From: an uncultured Oscillospiraceae bacterium
Lineage (GTDB): Bacteria > Bacillota > Clostridia > Oscillospirales > Oscillospiraceae
Length of the DNA: 64,000 nt
NCBI GenBank assembly: GCA_944387015.1
Contig: CALXDH010000007.1
Location: forward strand, 3,060-67,059
Direction of reading: 5' to 3'
Shown here piece after piece: positions 9,678 to 18,836 of the stretch (within the stretch, counting starts at the first letter, position 1; each line of letters starts with the position of its first letter). Both the position numbers and the translations under genes were made by a program. The notes under the pieces were generated by a model. The model was not told the origin of the DNA. It did not search any database and saw only the letters and a program-made list of their open reading frames with translations.

Positions 9678-10529
9678 ATGAGACCGGACGGGACCCGTTT
9701 ACGGAATCTGACGCCTATCGTACAGGCGCTGCCCTATATCATGCCCCGCCGCTTTGACGCCCAGAACTGGGCGACGGATTATGTGGACGAGGATCTTCTG
9801 CGCACTTACATCCGTCAAAAGCGAAGAGAGGGGCGGCATGTGACCCACATGAGCGTTCTGGTAGCGGCCTATTACAAGGCGGCGCTGGAGCATCCCAAGG
9901 TCAACTGCTTTGTAATGAACCGCAAGGTGTATCAGCGCAATCATTTCTGCTTCAGCTTCGTGCTGCTCAAGACCCGGGCAGACGGCACGCCGGACGAGAC
10001 GGCTCTGAAGATCTTTCTGGAGCCGGAGGATGACGTGTTCACCATCGCCCGGAAGATCAAAGAGCACATCGACCGCAATCTGCAGGCGACCCACAATAAC
10101 CGCACTGACCGGTTCGCAAACTTTGCGTTTTCCCTTCCGCTGCTGCCCCGGCTGGTGTTTGGACTTGCATACCATCTGGATCTCCACGGGCTGCTGCCCC
10201 GCAAGATCATCGACCTGAGCCCGTTCCACACCAGTCTGTTCATCACGAATCTGGCCTCTATCAACACAAGCTGCATTTTCCACCACTGTTACGAGTTCGG
10301 CACCACCGGCGTTTTTATCTGCATGGGACGGCCGGTTCCGGACCCCATGGCGCCCGCGGGGATCCGGAAAAAGCTGATGCCGCTGGGTGTGGTGATGGAT
10401 GAACGGATTGCAACAGGCATCGAATACTCCCGCTTTTTCGCGGCCTTCAGCCGCTATCTGCGCAAGCCGGAGGTTTTGGAAGAGCGGCTGGACGGAAAGA
10501 CGACGGGCCTTCTGGCAGCTCAGAGGTAA
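9678..10529 (+). CDS. Stand-alone 2-oxoacid dehydrogenase E2 catalytic-domain-like (CAT-like acyltransferase fold) protein
   Basis: FITNLASI and HHCYEFGTTGVF resemble the E2 catalytic domain. The DHR motif position reads DERIATG. No lipoyl domain. Confidence 0.65.
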   Translation: MRPDGTRLRNLTPIVQALPYIMPRRFDAQNWATDYVDEDLLRTYIRQKRREGRHVTHMSVLVAAYYKAALEHPKVNCFVMNRKVYQRNHFCFSFVLLKTRADGTPDETALKIFLEPEDDVFTIARKIKEHIDRNLQATHNNRTDRFANFAFSLPLLPRLVFGLAYHLDLHGLLPRKIIDLSPFHTSLFITNLASINTSCIFHHCYEFGTTGVFICMGRPVPDPMAPAGIRKKLMPLGVVMDERIATGIEYSRFFAAFSRYLRKPEVLEERLDGKTTGLLAAQR

Positions 10530-10557
10530 GCACCGGAACAAAGAGGAGAGAGAACAC

Positions 10558-11886
10558 ATGGGAAAAGGACTTGGGCACCGGGCTGCGGCGTGGTGCGTCC
10601 ACACGGGATTGTACATCCGGGCATTTATCAAATGGCTGCTGGTGGCGGCGGTAATGGGAACCTGCTGCGGCGTGGTGGGATCCCTCTTCCACATCGGCGT
10701 GTACAAGGCGACGGCCCTGCGGGGGGAGCATCCGTGGCTTTTGTGGTGCCTGCCGCTGGCGGGTCTTGCGATCGTGGGCTTTTATAAGCTGACAAGGACG
10801 GAAGGACAGGGAACCAACGACATCATCGAGGCAGTCCACCATGGTAAGGTGCTCTCCAACTGGCTGCTGCCGGCCATTTTTGTCAGTACGGTGCTGACAC
10901 ACCTGTGCGGCGGCTCTGCCGGCCGGGAGGGCGCCGCGCTGCAGATGGGCGGCACCATCGGCAGCTTTGTGGGGCATCTGTTCGGCCTGGACGACCGGGA
11001 CCAGCGGACAGCCACCATGGTGGGCATGGCGGCCTTTTTCTCTGCGCTGTTCGGTACACCGCTGGGCGCCACGATCTTTGCCATCATGGTCATCAGCGTG
11101 GGTGTGCTGTATCATGCGGCATTGGTGCCTTGCCTCGTTGCGGCTCTGATCTCCTATGGCGTTTCGCTGGCCATGGGAGTTGAGCCTACCCGGTTTACGG
11201 TCACCGCGCCGGCGCTGGAGCCGGGAATGCTGGTGCGCACGGCGGTCCTGGCGGCGCTTTGTGCGCTGGTGTCGCTGCTCTTTTGCAACACCCTCCACTT
11301 CGTGGAGAACCAGCTCAAACGGTGGCTGCCCAACGCCTGGGTGCGGGCAGTGGTGGGCGGCGCGGCGGTGGTGGCGCTGACCTATCTCTGCGGCACCACG
11401 GACTATAACGGCGCCGGCATGGAGATCATCACTGCGGCGGTAGAGGAGGGAAGTGTGCATCCGGCTGCTTTCCTGCTCAAGATCCTCTTCACTGCCGTGA
11501 CGCTGGGGGCCGGATTCAAGGGCGGCGAGGTGGTCCCGTCATTTTTCGTGGGCGCTACCTTTGGCTGCCTGGCTGGGCCGCTGCTGGGGATCCCGGCAGG
11601 GTTTGCGGCGGCGCTGGGACTGGCGGCGGTGTTCTGCGGTGCTACCAACTGTCCGGTGGCCTCCATGTTTTTGGCGGTGGAGCTGTTTGGATCCGACGGG
11701 CTTTTGTACTTTGCCCTGGTCTGCGGGATCAGCAACATGCTCTCCGGCTACAATGGACTCTACTCCAGCCAGACGATCCTGTACTCCAAGCTGAAAGCCC
11801 AGTACATCAACGTCCGGACCAATCATCACCACGCCGGTGAAAATGGGGAGGATCTGCCTCAGATCGCTCAGGGGCGGCGGAAATGA
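10558..11886 (+). CDS. ClC/EriC family anion channel or antiporter
   Basis: Multiple TM segments with GSAGREGAALQMG, ALFGTPLGA and GFKGGEVVP. GAGGAG RBS before ATG 10558. Confidence 0.92.
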   Translation: MGKGLGHRAAAWCVHTGLYIRAFIKWLLVAAVMGTCCGVVGSLFHIGVYKATALRGEHPWLLWCLPLAGLAIVGFYKLTRTEGQGTNDIIEAVHHGKVLSNWLLPAIFVSTVLTHLCGGSAGREGAALQMGGTIGSFVGHLFGLDDRDQRTATMVGMAAFFSALFGTPLGATIFAIMVISVGVLYHAALVPCLVAALISYGVSLAMGVEPTRFTVTAPALEPGMLVRTAVLAALCALVSLLFCNTLHFVENQLKRWLPNAWVRAVVGGAAVVALTYLCGTTDYNGAGMEIITAAVEEGSVHPAAFLLKILFTAVTLGAGFKGGEVVPSFFVGATFGCLAGPLLGIPAGFAAALGLAAVFCGATNCPVASMFLAVELFGSDGLLYFALVCGISNMLSGYNGLYSSQTILYSKLKAQYINVRTNHHHAGENGEDLPQIAQGRRK

Positions 11887-11914
11887 ACCGATGAGAAGAG
11901 AGGAGAACCCAGGG

Positions 11915-12988
11915 ATGCTTGTAAAGGCGGAAAATGCCCCATTACGCGGAGCTGCGTCCGGCCGGGACCGGACGGTGGACCTCATCAAAACGGCGGCCAT
12001 CTTCGGAGTGCTGCTGATCCATGTCAGCGCCGGGGGCCTGAGCGGTGCGGCGATAGGATCCGGTACGTGGATCGCCTGCCTCTTTTGGGGCAGCGTGTCC
12101 AGGGCAGCGGTCCCCTTGTTTTTGATGGCCAGCGGCGCGCTGCTGCTGCGGCCGGACCGGGAACTGACGCTGCGGAAGCTGTATACGAAAAACTTTCCCC
12201 GGCTGCTGGCGGCGCTGCTGTTCTGGGCGGTGTGCTACAAGGTGTTCAACCTGCTGCTCTGGGGTGCGCTGACCTCGGCAGGACTTGTCCAGGCGATCAA
12301 GGAAGTGATCCTCTTCCGTCATGAAGAACACCTTTACTATTTGCACATCATGCTGCTGGTGTACGCCTTTTTGCCCATCACCCGGCTGGTAGCGGCCCAC
12401 GCCACGGTGGGGCAGATGCGGTATCTGCTGGGGCTGTGGTTCTTGCTGGGCATTCTCTACCCCACAGTGAAGATCTACTGGCCCTTTACGCTGCTGGTGG
12501 GGATCCCCACGCAGTGGCTCATGAACATGACCTATGCCGCCATCGGCTACACGCTGCTGGGATATTTTCTCTCCGCCCATCCCACGAGCCGCCGCTGGCC
12601 CTGGGGGGCGGCGGCCCTGGGGGGCTTTGCGGTGACCTTCGGCGGGACCTGGCTCGCCTCCTGCTCCGCCGGAGCGCTGAGCGGCCACTTCCTGGAGGGT
12701 ATGAGCGTGGGGGTGTGCCTGCTGGCAGCGGGGCTGTACGGCCTTTGCATTGCTGCTCCTGTGGGGGACCGTGCGGAACGGGTCCTGTCCTTTGTTTCCC
12801 GCGCTTCCTTCTGTGTGTTCCTGGTCCATATCTTTTTCCTGAAAGTGTTTGCCCATTTTGGCCTGACTGCATTGGCTGGGCCCGCCGTGGTGACGGTTCC
12901 AGTGCTCTCGGCGCTGCTGCTGGGCTGCGGCTGCGGGGTGTACGCGGTGCTCTCCCGCATCCCCGGGGGGCGGCGCTGGCTGGTATAA
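11915..12988 (+). CDS. Acyltransferase family 3 (WecH/OafA-like) membrane protein
   Basis: VDLIKTAAIFGVLLIH, AVPLFLMASGALLL, HLYYLHIMLLVY and SFCVFLVHIF; about 10 TM segments. Confidence 0.88.
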   Translation: MLVKAENAPLRGAASGRDRTVDLIKTAAIFGVLLIHVSAGGLSGAAIGSGTWIACLFWGSVSRAAVPLFLMASGALLLRPDRELTLRKLYTKNFPRLLAALLFWAVCYKVFNLLLWGALTSAGLVQAIKEVILFRHEEHLYYLHIMLLVYAFLPITRLVAAHATVGQMRYLLGLWFLLGILYPTVKIYWPFTLLVGIPTQWLMNMTYAAIGYTLLGYFLSAHPTSRRWPWGAAALGGFAVTFGGTWLASCSAGALSGHFLEGMSVGVCLLAAGLYGLCIAAPVGDRAERVLSFVSRASFCVFLVHIFFLKVFAHFGLTALAGPAVVTVPVLSALLLGCGCGVYAVLSRIPGGRRWLV

Positions 12989-12996
12989 AAATGAAG

Positions 12997-13033
12997 AAAC
13001 ACGCCCGGACGGATTTCCGTTCGGGCGTGTTTT
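12997..13033. terminator. Bidirectional terminator
   Basis: AAACACGCCCGGACGG...CCGTTCGGGCGTGTTT hairpin between convergent genes. Confidence 0.8.
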
Positions 13034-13050
13034 GGTATGTTCCGGTCAAT

Positions 13051-14181
13051 TCAGGAAATCTGGATGGGGACGCCGTTGACGGCAACGCCTTCTTCGGCGC
13101 GGATGAGAATGTACCGGGCGCCATCGATCAGCCGGGTCTCCACCAGGTCGCCCCGGTCCGGTGAGACCTTGATGGTGACGTCGGGGGTAGTGATCTCCAG
13201 CTGTTTGGTGTCCACCAGGTTCCGGGGGCTCAGATCTGCGTCGGCGCCGAAGGCGTCGTCATACCGCTCTTCAAAGGCCTCCACATGCTCCTCCGACACG
13301 CCGGAGTGTTCCAGCACCCGGCGGACGGTGCCCTTGTTTACCACCAGAGGTTCTTCCACCTTGTTGGCCTTGTGCTCTTCGATCATCTCCCGCAGCTGGC
13401 CGTGAACAGACTGGACCACCTGGTAGCGGCACTCGTCGCTGAGGGTATCCTCCAGCAGCGCCTGGAAGGTCTCCATCTGCTCAGCGGCGGGCATGGGAGC
13501 GGGGGCGTGGAACACGGCCTCCACGAAGTCGGGGTGGGTCTGGGACGTGTCCTTGCAGTAGTACAGGGCGTCGTACAGATTGGTGCTGCGCTCGTCAAAG
13601 GAGGGGAAGAGAAAGCCCATCTCCGGTGCGGACACCACCCAGTCGGCGCTGATGCTGTGGAAGGCGTTTTCGTAGACGTAGTAACTCAGGGCCTCCTTGG
13701 TCTGCTTGACCGGGCAGATACTGCAGAGAATGTAGCGGAAGACCTCGGAGGAGGCATCGTCCTGCCGCTGATCATCCTTGGAGCGGTAGGGTACATCGTA
13801 GTCGTCCTGGACCAGCAAAATGAGATAATTCCCCTCCAGGTCCAGGGACTGGATCACCCGCTGGTAGAAGACGGAGACCGCCTCCTCGTCCCGGAGGGCG
13901 GAGTTGCGCAGGGTCATGAGCAGCTTGTGCTGATCGCCCTCCACCACCTGGCGGGTGTCAAAGGGGATGTCCAGCAGATTTTTGCCCAGGGTGCCGGAGA
14001 GGGTCTTGCGCAGCGTGGAGAGCAGCTGTTCACTCTCCGTCTGGCCCAGGATCCCCAGGGACTGGTCGAACTGGGAGATGATCTCCCGCTTTTCATTGAC
14101 ATAGCAGCCCCGGACCCGGGAGATGCTGCTTTTATCCGCCCGGAACCGGCGGCGCAGTTCGGCGATTTCTTTTTCGTTCAT
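13051..14181 (-). CDS. DUF4317 family protein
   Basis: MNEKEIAELRRRF N-terminus, GCYVNEK, LKKTLSG-like segment and C-terminal LIRAEEGVAVNG, as I recall for this Clostridial family. Confidence 0.75.
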   Translation of the reverse strand: MNEKEIAELRRRFRADKSSISRVRGCYVNEKREIISQFDQSLGILGQTESEQLLSTLRKTLSGTLGKNLLDIPFDTRQVVEGDQHKLLMTLRNSALRDEEAVSVFYQRVIQSLDLEGNYLILLVQDDYDVPYRSKDDQRQDDASSEVFRYILCSICPVKQTKEALSYYVYENAFHSISADWVVSAPEMGFLFPSFDERSTNLYDALYYCKDTSQTHPDFVEAVFHAPAPMPAAEQMETFQALLEDTLSDECRYQVVQSVHGQLREMIEEHKANKVEEPLVVNKGTVRRVLEHSGVSEEHVEAFEERYDDAFGADADLSPRNLVDTKQLEITTPDVTIKVSPDRGDLVETRLIDGARYILIRAEEGVAVNGVPIQIS

Positions 14182-14283
14182 CAAAAGCCCTCTTTTATAT
14201 CAGGAGATATTGGCGCGGCGCGCCGTCCATTATCTTAACACAGCACGGGAGCCAATGCCAGGGAATTCTCCCGAACAGGAGAC

Positions 14284-14320
14284 AAAAGACGGGTGTCTCT
14301 CCCGACAGGGAGAGACACCC
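14284..14320 (-). terminator. Terminator of gdhA
   Basis: GGGTGTCTCTCCC-GACA-GGGAGAGACACCC perfect stem, with a T run downstream on the minus strand. Confidence 0.8.
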
Positions 14321-14359
14321 ATTTGAGACGGTTCTGGAAAAGCTGGGGGGAGAGAGAAC

Positions 14360-15709
14360 TCAGAACACGCCCTGCTCCATCATGGCTTCGGCCACCCGTT
14401 TGAAGCCGGCGATGTTGGCGCCTGCCACCAGGTTATAGCCCAGGCCATACTCCTCGGCGGCATCCACGCTCATCTGATAAATGGTGTTCATGATCTGGTG
14501 GAGCTGCTTGTCGACCTCTTCCGCGGTCCACACCAGCCGCTCACTGTTCTGGGCCATCTCCAGGGCGGAGGTAGCCACGCCGCCGGCGTTGACGGCCTTG
14601 GAGGGCGCCACGATCATGCCGGGCTGCTCCATCAGGAACTTCAGCGCGTCGTTGGTGGTGGGCATGTTGGCCACCTCGATGTAATACTTCACGCCGTTGG
14701 CGGCGATCTGCTTGGCCTGCTCCATGTGGACGTCGTTCTGCATGGCAGACGGCATGATCACGTCTGCCTTCACGCCCCAGGGCTTCTCGCCGGGATAGAA
14801 CGCCACGCCGAACTTGTCGGCATAGTCCTGGACCTTGTTGCGGCCGCTGGCCCGCATCTCCACGATGTAGTCGATCTTCTCCTTGGTGCAGACGCCGTCG
14901 GGATCGTAGATGTAGCCGTCGGGACCGGAGAGGGTCACCACCTTGGCGCCCAGCTCCGTGGCCTTCTTGCAGATGCCCCAGGTCACGTTGCCGAAGCCCG
15001 CGCAGGCGATGGTCTTGCCTTCAATGGACTCACCCTCGTGCTTGAGGACGTTTTCCAGATAGTACACTGCGCCGTAGCCGGTGGCCTCCGGGCGGATGCG
15101 GCTGCCGCCGTAGGAGAAGCCCTTGCCGGTGAGCACGCCGTTTTCAAAGGCGCCCTTCAGGCGGCGGTACTCGCCGAAGAGATAGCCGATCTCCCGGCCG
15201 CCCACGCCCATGTCGCCGGCGGGGACATCCACATCGGGTCCGATGTAGCGGTAGAGGGCCTGCATGTAGGCCTGGCAGAAGCGCATGACCTCGGCGTCGG
15301 ACTTGCCGGCGGGATCGAAGTCGCTGCCGCCCTTGCCGCCGCCGATGGGCAGGCCGGTGAGGGAGTTTTTGAAGATCTGCTCAAAGCCCAGGAACTTGAT
15401 GATGCCGGGATACACATTGGCCTGGAACCGCAGACCGCCCTTGTAGGGACCCAGGGCACCGTTGAACTGGCAGCGGTAACCGATATTGGTGTGCCACTGG
15501 CCCTGGTCGTCCTCCCAGCAGACACGGAAGGTGAACATCCGCTCCGGTTCCACCATCCGGTTCAAAAGGTCTGCCTTTTCATATTCGGGATGTTTTTCAA
15601 TCACGGGCTCCAGAGAGGAGAAAACCTCCTCCACGGTTTGGACGAATTCGGGCTCATTCGCGTGCTTCTTCTTCACGTTTTCGATTACGCTGGCAAGATA
15701 CGCATTCAT
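14360..15709 (-). CDS. gdhA: NADP-specific glutamate dehydrogenase
   Basis: ALGPYKGGLRF, KFLGFEQIFKNSLTGLPIGGGKGG, DVPAGD, RPEATGYG and KAVNAGGV. Confidence 0.96.
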   Translation of the reverse strand: MNAYLASVIENVKKKHANEPEFVQTVEEVFSSLEPVIEKHPEYEKADLLNRMVEPERMFTFRVCWEDDQGQWHTNIGYRCQFNGALGPYKGGLRFQANVYPGIIKFLGFEQIFKNSLTGLPIGGGKGGSDFDPAGKSDAEVMRFCQAYMQALYRYIGPDVDVPAGDMGVGGREIGYLFGEYRRLKGAFENGVLTGKGFSYGGSRIRPEATGYGAVYYLENVLKHEGESIEGKTIACAGFGNVTWGICKKATELGAKVVTLSGPDGYIYDPDGVCTKEKIDYIVEMRASGRNKVQDYADKFGVAFYPGEKPWGVKADVIMPSAMQNDVHMEQAKQIAANGVKYYIEVANMPTTNDALKFLMEQPGMIVAPSKAVNAGGVATSALEMAQNSERLVWTAEEVDKQLHQIMNTIYQMSVDAAEEYGLGYNLVAGANIAGFKRVAEAMMEQGVF

Positions 15710-15770
15710 CAGTGTGCCTCCTCATTCATCTATATTGAGCTTCCCGCCGGGTTGTCTGACCTCTATGGTC

Positions 15771-15799
15771 ATTGTAGCATGTCCTGCTGAAGGAAGCAA
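15771..15799 (-). promoter_or_regulatory. SigA-type promoter of gdhA
   Basis: TTGCTT-17 bp-TACAAT with an extended TG on the minus strand. Confidence 0.65.
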
Positions 15800-15926
15800 G
15801 CATTCATTTTGTCAGTTTTGCCAATCCGGGAGTTTGCTGTATAGAAAAAAGAGAGTCTATGTTGTTGAAAATAACGGTATTTGAGAGGCAAATGAACTTT
15901 CAGAGGGAATTCTGGAGGCGTTCTGC

Positions 15927-15954
15927 TTGACTTTCTGCCGTCAGACCGTATAAT
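15927..15954 (+). promoter_or_regulatory. SigA-type promoter of the PRTase gene
   Basis: TTGACT-16 bp-TATAAT. Confidence 0.7.
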
Positions 15955-16021
15955 AAAAGATTGTGTGGCGCGGATTGAGCGCCTTTTTACCTGGATGGCA
16001 TTTTTTGAGGGAGGCAATGTT

Positions 16022-16585
16022 ATGCATACCTATCCGATTGATGTGGCGGGCCTGCACCGGGAACTTCCCATCTGCAAGGTCACGGATGATCTGTACATCG
16101 GCGCGTTCATCGTCTTTGGCGACGCGGAGCTGACTGTGGCCTGTGCCCGGGAGCTTTTGAAGCTGGTTCCCGCCGACAGCTATGACTATATGCTCACCGC
16201 GGAGGCCAAGAGCATTCCCCTGATTCATGAGATGGCCCGCCAGTCCGGCGCGGCAAAGTATTTTATTGCCCGCAAGGGTCCCAAGGCCTACATGCCTGAT
16301 CCGCTGCATGTGGTGGACAAGTCCATCACCACGGCGGAGGAGCAGGAGCTGTACCTGGGCCGGGACGACGCGGATCTGATCCGCGGCAAGCGCATTTTGC
16401 TGATGGATGACGTGATCTCCACCGGCGGTTCTCTCCATGCCATGGAGGCACTGGTGAAGATGGCCGGCGGCACGGTTGCCGGCCGTGTGGCCGTTCTGGC
16501 GGAGGGCGATGCCCAGAAGCGGGACGACATCCGGTTCCTGGCGCCGCTGCCGGTGTTCAACGCCGACGGCACCGTCAAAGGCTGA
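16022..16585 (+). CDS. Type I phosphoribosyltransferase (adenine/xanthine PRTase-like)
   Basis: PRPP-binding motif ILLMDDVISTGGS, plus LTAEAKSIP and ARKG. GGAGG RBS before ATG 16022. Confidence 0.85.
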   Translation: MHTYPIDVAGLHRELPICKVTDDLYIGAFIVFGDAELTVACARELLKLVPADSYDYMLTAEAKSIPLIHEMARQSGAAKYFIARKGPKAYMPDPLHVVDKSITTAEEQELYLGRDDADLIRGKRILLMDDVISTGGSLHAMEALVKMAGGTVAGRVAVLAEGDAQKRDDIRFLAPLPVFNADGTVKG

Positions 16586-16589
16586 GAAG

Positions 16590-16624
16590 AAAACGCACCG
16601 TTCAAAAAGAACGGTGCGTTTTTT
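16590..16624. terminator. Bidirectional terminator between the PRTase gene and ruvX
   Basis: AAAACGCACCGTTC-AAAAA-GAACGGTGCGTTTT. Confidence 0.85.
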
Positions 16625-16654
16625 ATCGAGGCGGCGGCAGATCGCGAGGCGGTA

Positions 16655-17071
16655 TTACCGGCTCTTTTTATAGGTGAGGTATCCCTCCAGGATCAAGGTA
16701 GCGGCCACAGCGTCCACGGTCTTTTTCCGCTTTTTGGCGTTTTTGCCGGCCCCCATCAGGATCTGGTGGGCGTCAATGGTGGTGCGGCGCTCGTCCCACA
16801 GCGTTACCGGCAGACCGGTGACGGTCTTGAGCAGCTCCCCCATGGCCTGGGCCTTTTCCGCCCGGGGGCCCAGGGTGCCGTCCATGTTTTTGGGGTATCC
16901 CAGCACCAGCTCCTCCACGCCGTGTTCCTGGGCCAGGGATGCCACCTGGTCGGCCACGGCTTCCGGACGGTAGGCGTTGATGGTGGTGGTGAAACCGGCC
17001 AGAAAACCGGTAGGGTCAGAGATGGCGATACCGGTGTGGGCGTCGCCGTAGTCGATGGCCATGATCCGCAT
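16655..17071 (-). CDS. ruvX: YqgF/RuvX family nuclease (putative Holliday junction resolvase / pre-16S rRNA nuclease)
   Basis: MRIMAIDYG, LGYPKNMDG, WDERRTT and VDAVAATLILEGYL. Confidence 0.93.
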   Translation of the reverse strand: MRIMAIDYGDAHTGIAISDPTGFLAGFTTTINAYRPEAVADQVASLAQEHGVEELVLGYPKNMDGTLGPRAEKAQAMGELLKTVTGLPVTLWDERRTTIDAHQILMGAGKNAKKRKKTVDAVAATLILEGYLTYKKSR

Positions 17072-17161
17072 GGGAATCCTCCTTTGTGACGGCTGTTTTC
17101 TGCGGTCATGATAGCATACAGGGGAGAAATCTGCAAGGCAAGAAAAAATTTCAAAAAACAG

Positions 17162-17190
17162 TTGACCTTATATTTGACTTGTGGTACAAT
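17162..17190 (+). promoter_or_regulatory. SigA promoter of rpmG-secE-nusG
   Basis: TTGACC-17 bp-TACAAT with an extended TG. Confidence 0.75.
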
Positions 17191-17339
17191 CTCTCTTACC
17201 TGTGAAAAAGGGCTTTGTTGTCATGCGCATTTTTCGCTTTTCAGCCATGGCGGCGCAGACCCTTTCTGAAATGGCAGGGAGGCAGTCGGTATCCCCGGCG
17301 TTGCCGGGAATGATACCAATAATAAGGAGGTGCCGTTAG

Positions 17340-17489
17340 ATGCGCGTGAAAGTGACCCTGAGATGCAACGAGTGCAAGCAGAGAAACTACAATACCATGA
17401 AGAACAAGAAGAACACTCCGGACAAGCTGGAACTCAACAAGTATTGCCCCTTCTGCAGAAAGCACACGCTCCACAGCGAAACCAAGTAA
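17340..17489 (+). CDS. rpmG: 50S ribosomal protein L33, zinc-ribbon (C+) form; absent from the supplied ORF track (<60 aa)
   Basis: My translation: [59 protein letters not shown]; directly precedes secE. Confidence 0.97.
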   Translation: MRVKVTLRCNECKQRNYNTMKNKKNTPDKLELNKYCPFCRKHTLHSETK

Positions 17490-17522
17490 TGGTGAACGAA
17501 ATGAGAAAGGGCGTGTAAACGT

Positions 17523-17738
17523 ATGGCAGAAGAAGTCAAGAAGAAGAGAAGCCGCGGAGCATGGTTCCGCGAGATGAAAAGCGAACTGAAGAAGGTCGTT
17601 TGGCCTGACCGTAAGACTGTGATCGCCAACACCGGCACGGTTTTGCTGTGCTCCCTGGTCATCGGCGCCTGCATCTGGATTTTCGACGGCGTCGCCGTGA
17701 CGGCCGTGCAGATCATCCTGGATGTGTTTGGTGCTTAA
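17523..17738 (+). CDS. secE: Preprotein translocase subunit SecE
   Basis: ELKKVVWP motif plus a single TM helix; rpmG-secE-nusG synteny. Confidence 0.95.
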   Translation: MAEEVKKKRSRGAWFREMKSELKKVVWPDRKTVIANTGTVLLCSLVIGACIWIFDGVAVTAVQIILDVFGA

Positions 17739-17750
17739 GGGGTAAGAAAG

Positions 17751-18275
17751 ATGTCAGACAGCGCGAAGTGGTATGTGATCCATACCTATTCCGGCTATGA
17801 GAATGCCGTCAAGACCAGCATCGAAAAGTTCGTTACCGGCCGCGGCATGGAGGACAAAATCCTTCGCATGGAGATCCCCATGGAGACCGTGACCGAGGTC
17901 ACCGAATCCGGCACCACGAAGGAAGTGGAGCGGAAGGTGTTCCCGGGCTACGTGCTAATCAAGATGGTCATGACCGATGATACCTGGCACCTGGTGCGCA
18001 ACGTTCGGGGCGTCACCGGCTTCGTAGGTTCTGCCAACAAGCCCATCCCCCTCTCTGAGGAGGAAGTCCTGGCCATGGGTATGGAAAAACACGAGATCGT
18101 GGTCAACTACAATGTGGGCGACCATGTCAAGATCGTGGATGGCCCGCTGGCCAGCTTTACCGGCATCGTGGAAGAGATCGAGCCGGAGAAGAACCGCGTG
18201 AGCGTGATGGTGTCCATGTTCGGCCGGGAGACCCCGGTGGAACTGGAACTGGACCAGGTCGAGGTTCAAAAGTAA
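17751..18275 (+). CDS. nusG: Transcription termination/antitermination factor NusG
   Basis: [23 protein letters not shown] motif [11 protein letters not shown] and [10 protein letters not shown]. Confidence 0.98.
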   Translation: MSDSAKWYVIHTYSGYENAVKTSIEKFVTGRGMEDKILRMEIPMETVTEVTESGTTKEVERKVFPGYVLIKMVMTDDTWHLVRNVRGVTGFVGSANKPIPLSEEEVLAMGMEKHEIVVNYNVGDHVKIVDGPLASFTGIVEEIEPEKNRVSVMVSMFGRETPVELELDQVEVQK

Positions 18276-18296
18276 GACGCGCCCGCAGCGGCGCAA

Positions 18297-18343
18297 GTGG
18301 GAGGGGCACCCGCCCCGCCAAAGACGGCTTTTGCCGCCACCAC
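18297..18343 (+). promoter_or_regulatory. Candidate ribosomal protein L1-binding leader upstream of rplK
   Basis: GTGGGAG...ACCAC closing motif typical of L1 operators in Firmicutes, just before the rplK RBS. Confidence 0.6.
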
Positions 18344-18369
18344 ATTTATGATTTAGGAGGTGCTACTCC

Positions 18370-18795
18370 GTGGCACAGAAGATTACTGGTTATGTGAAAC
18401 TGCAGATCCCCGCAGGCAAGGCGACTCCCGCGCCCCCCGTTGGTCCCGCTCTGGGCCAGCACGGCGTCAACATCGCTGCCTTCACCAAGGAGTTCAACGA
18501 GCGTACCAAGAATGACATGGGTATGATCATCCCCGTGGTCATCACCGTGTATGCCGACCGTTCCTTCTCCTTCATCACCAAGACGCCCCCCGCGGCCGTC
18601 CTGATCAAGAAGGAGTGCAACATCGAGTCCGGCTCCGGTGTTCCCAACAAGACCAAGGTGGCTACCATTTCTAAGGCTTCCGTTCAGAAGATCGCTGAGA
18701 TCAAGATGAAGGACCTGAATGCTGCCAGCCTGGAAGCTGCCATGAGCATGATCGCTGGTACCGCCCGTTCCATGGGCGTCGTCGTCGGCGACTGA
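18370..18795 (+). CDS. rplK: 50S ribosomal protein L11
   Basis: [21 protein letters not shown] and IAGTARSMG; GTG start with an AGGAGG RBS. Confidence 0.98.
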   Translation: MAQKITGYVKLQIPAGKATPAPPVGPALGQHGVNIAAFTKEFNERTKNDMGMIIPVVITVYADRSFSFITKTPPAAVLIKKECNIESGSGVPNKTKVATISKASVQKIAEIKMKDLNAASLEAAMSMIAGTARSMGVVVGD

Positions 18796-18836
18796 CCGTA
18801 TATGTGAAGCCGGGCGGCACCGCCGCTCAGGCATAC

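Noticed and set aside
15896-15910. AACTTTCAGAGGGAA as a CodY box between gdhA and the PRTase gene
   Set aside because: Too many mismatches to AATTTTCWGAAAATT to support.
17490-17522. tRNA-Trp often found between rpmG and secE
   Set aside because: The gap is only 33 nt and there is no cloverleaf.
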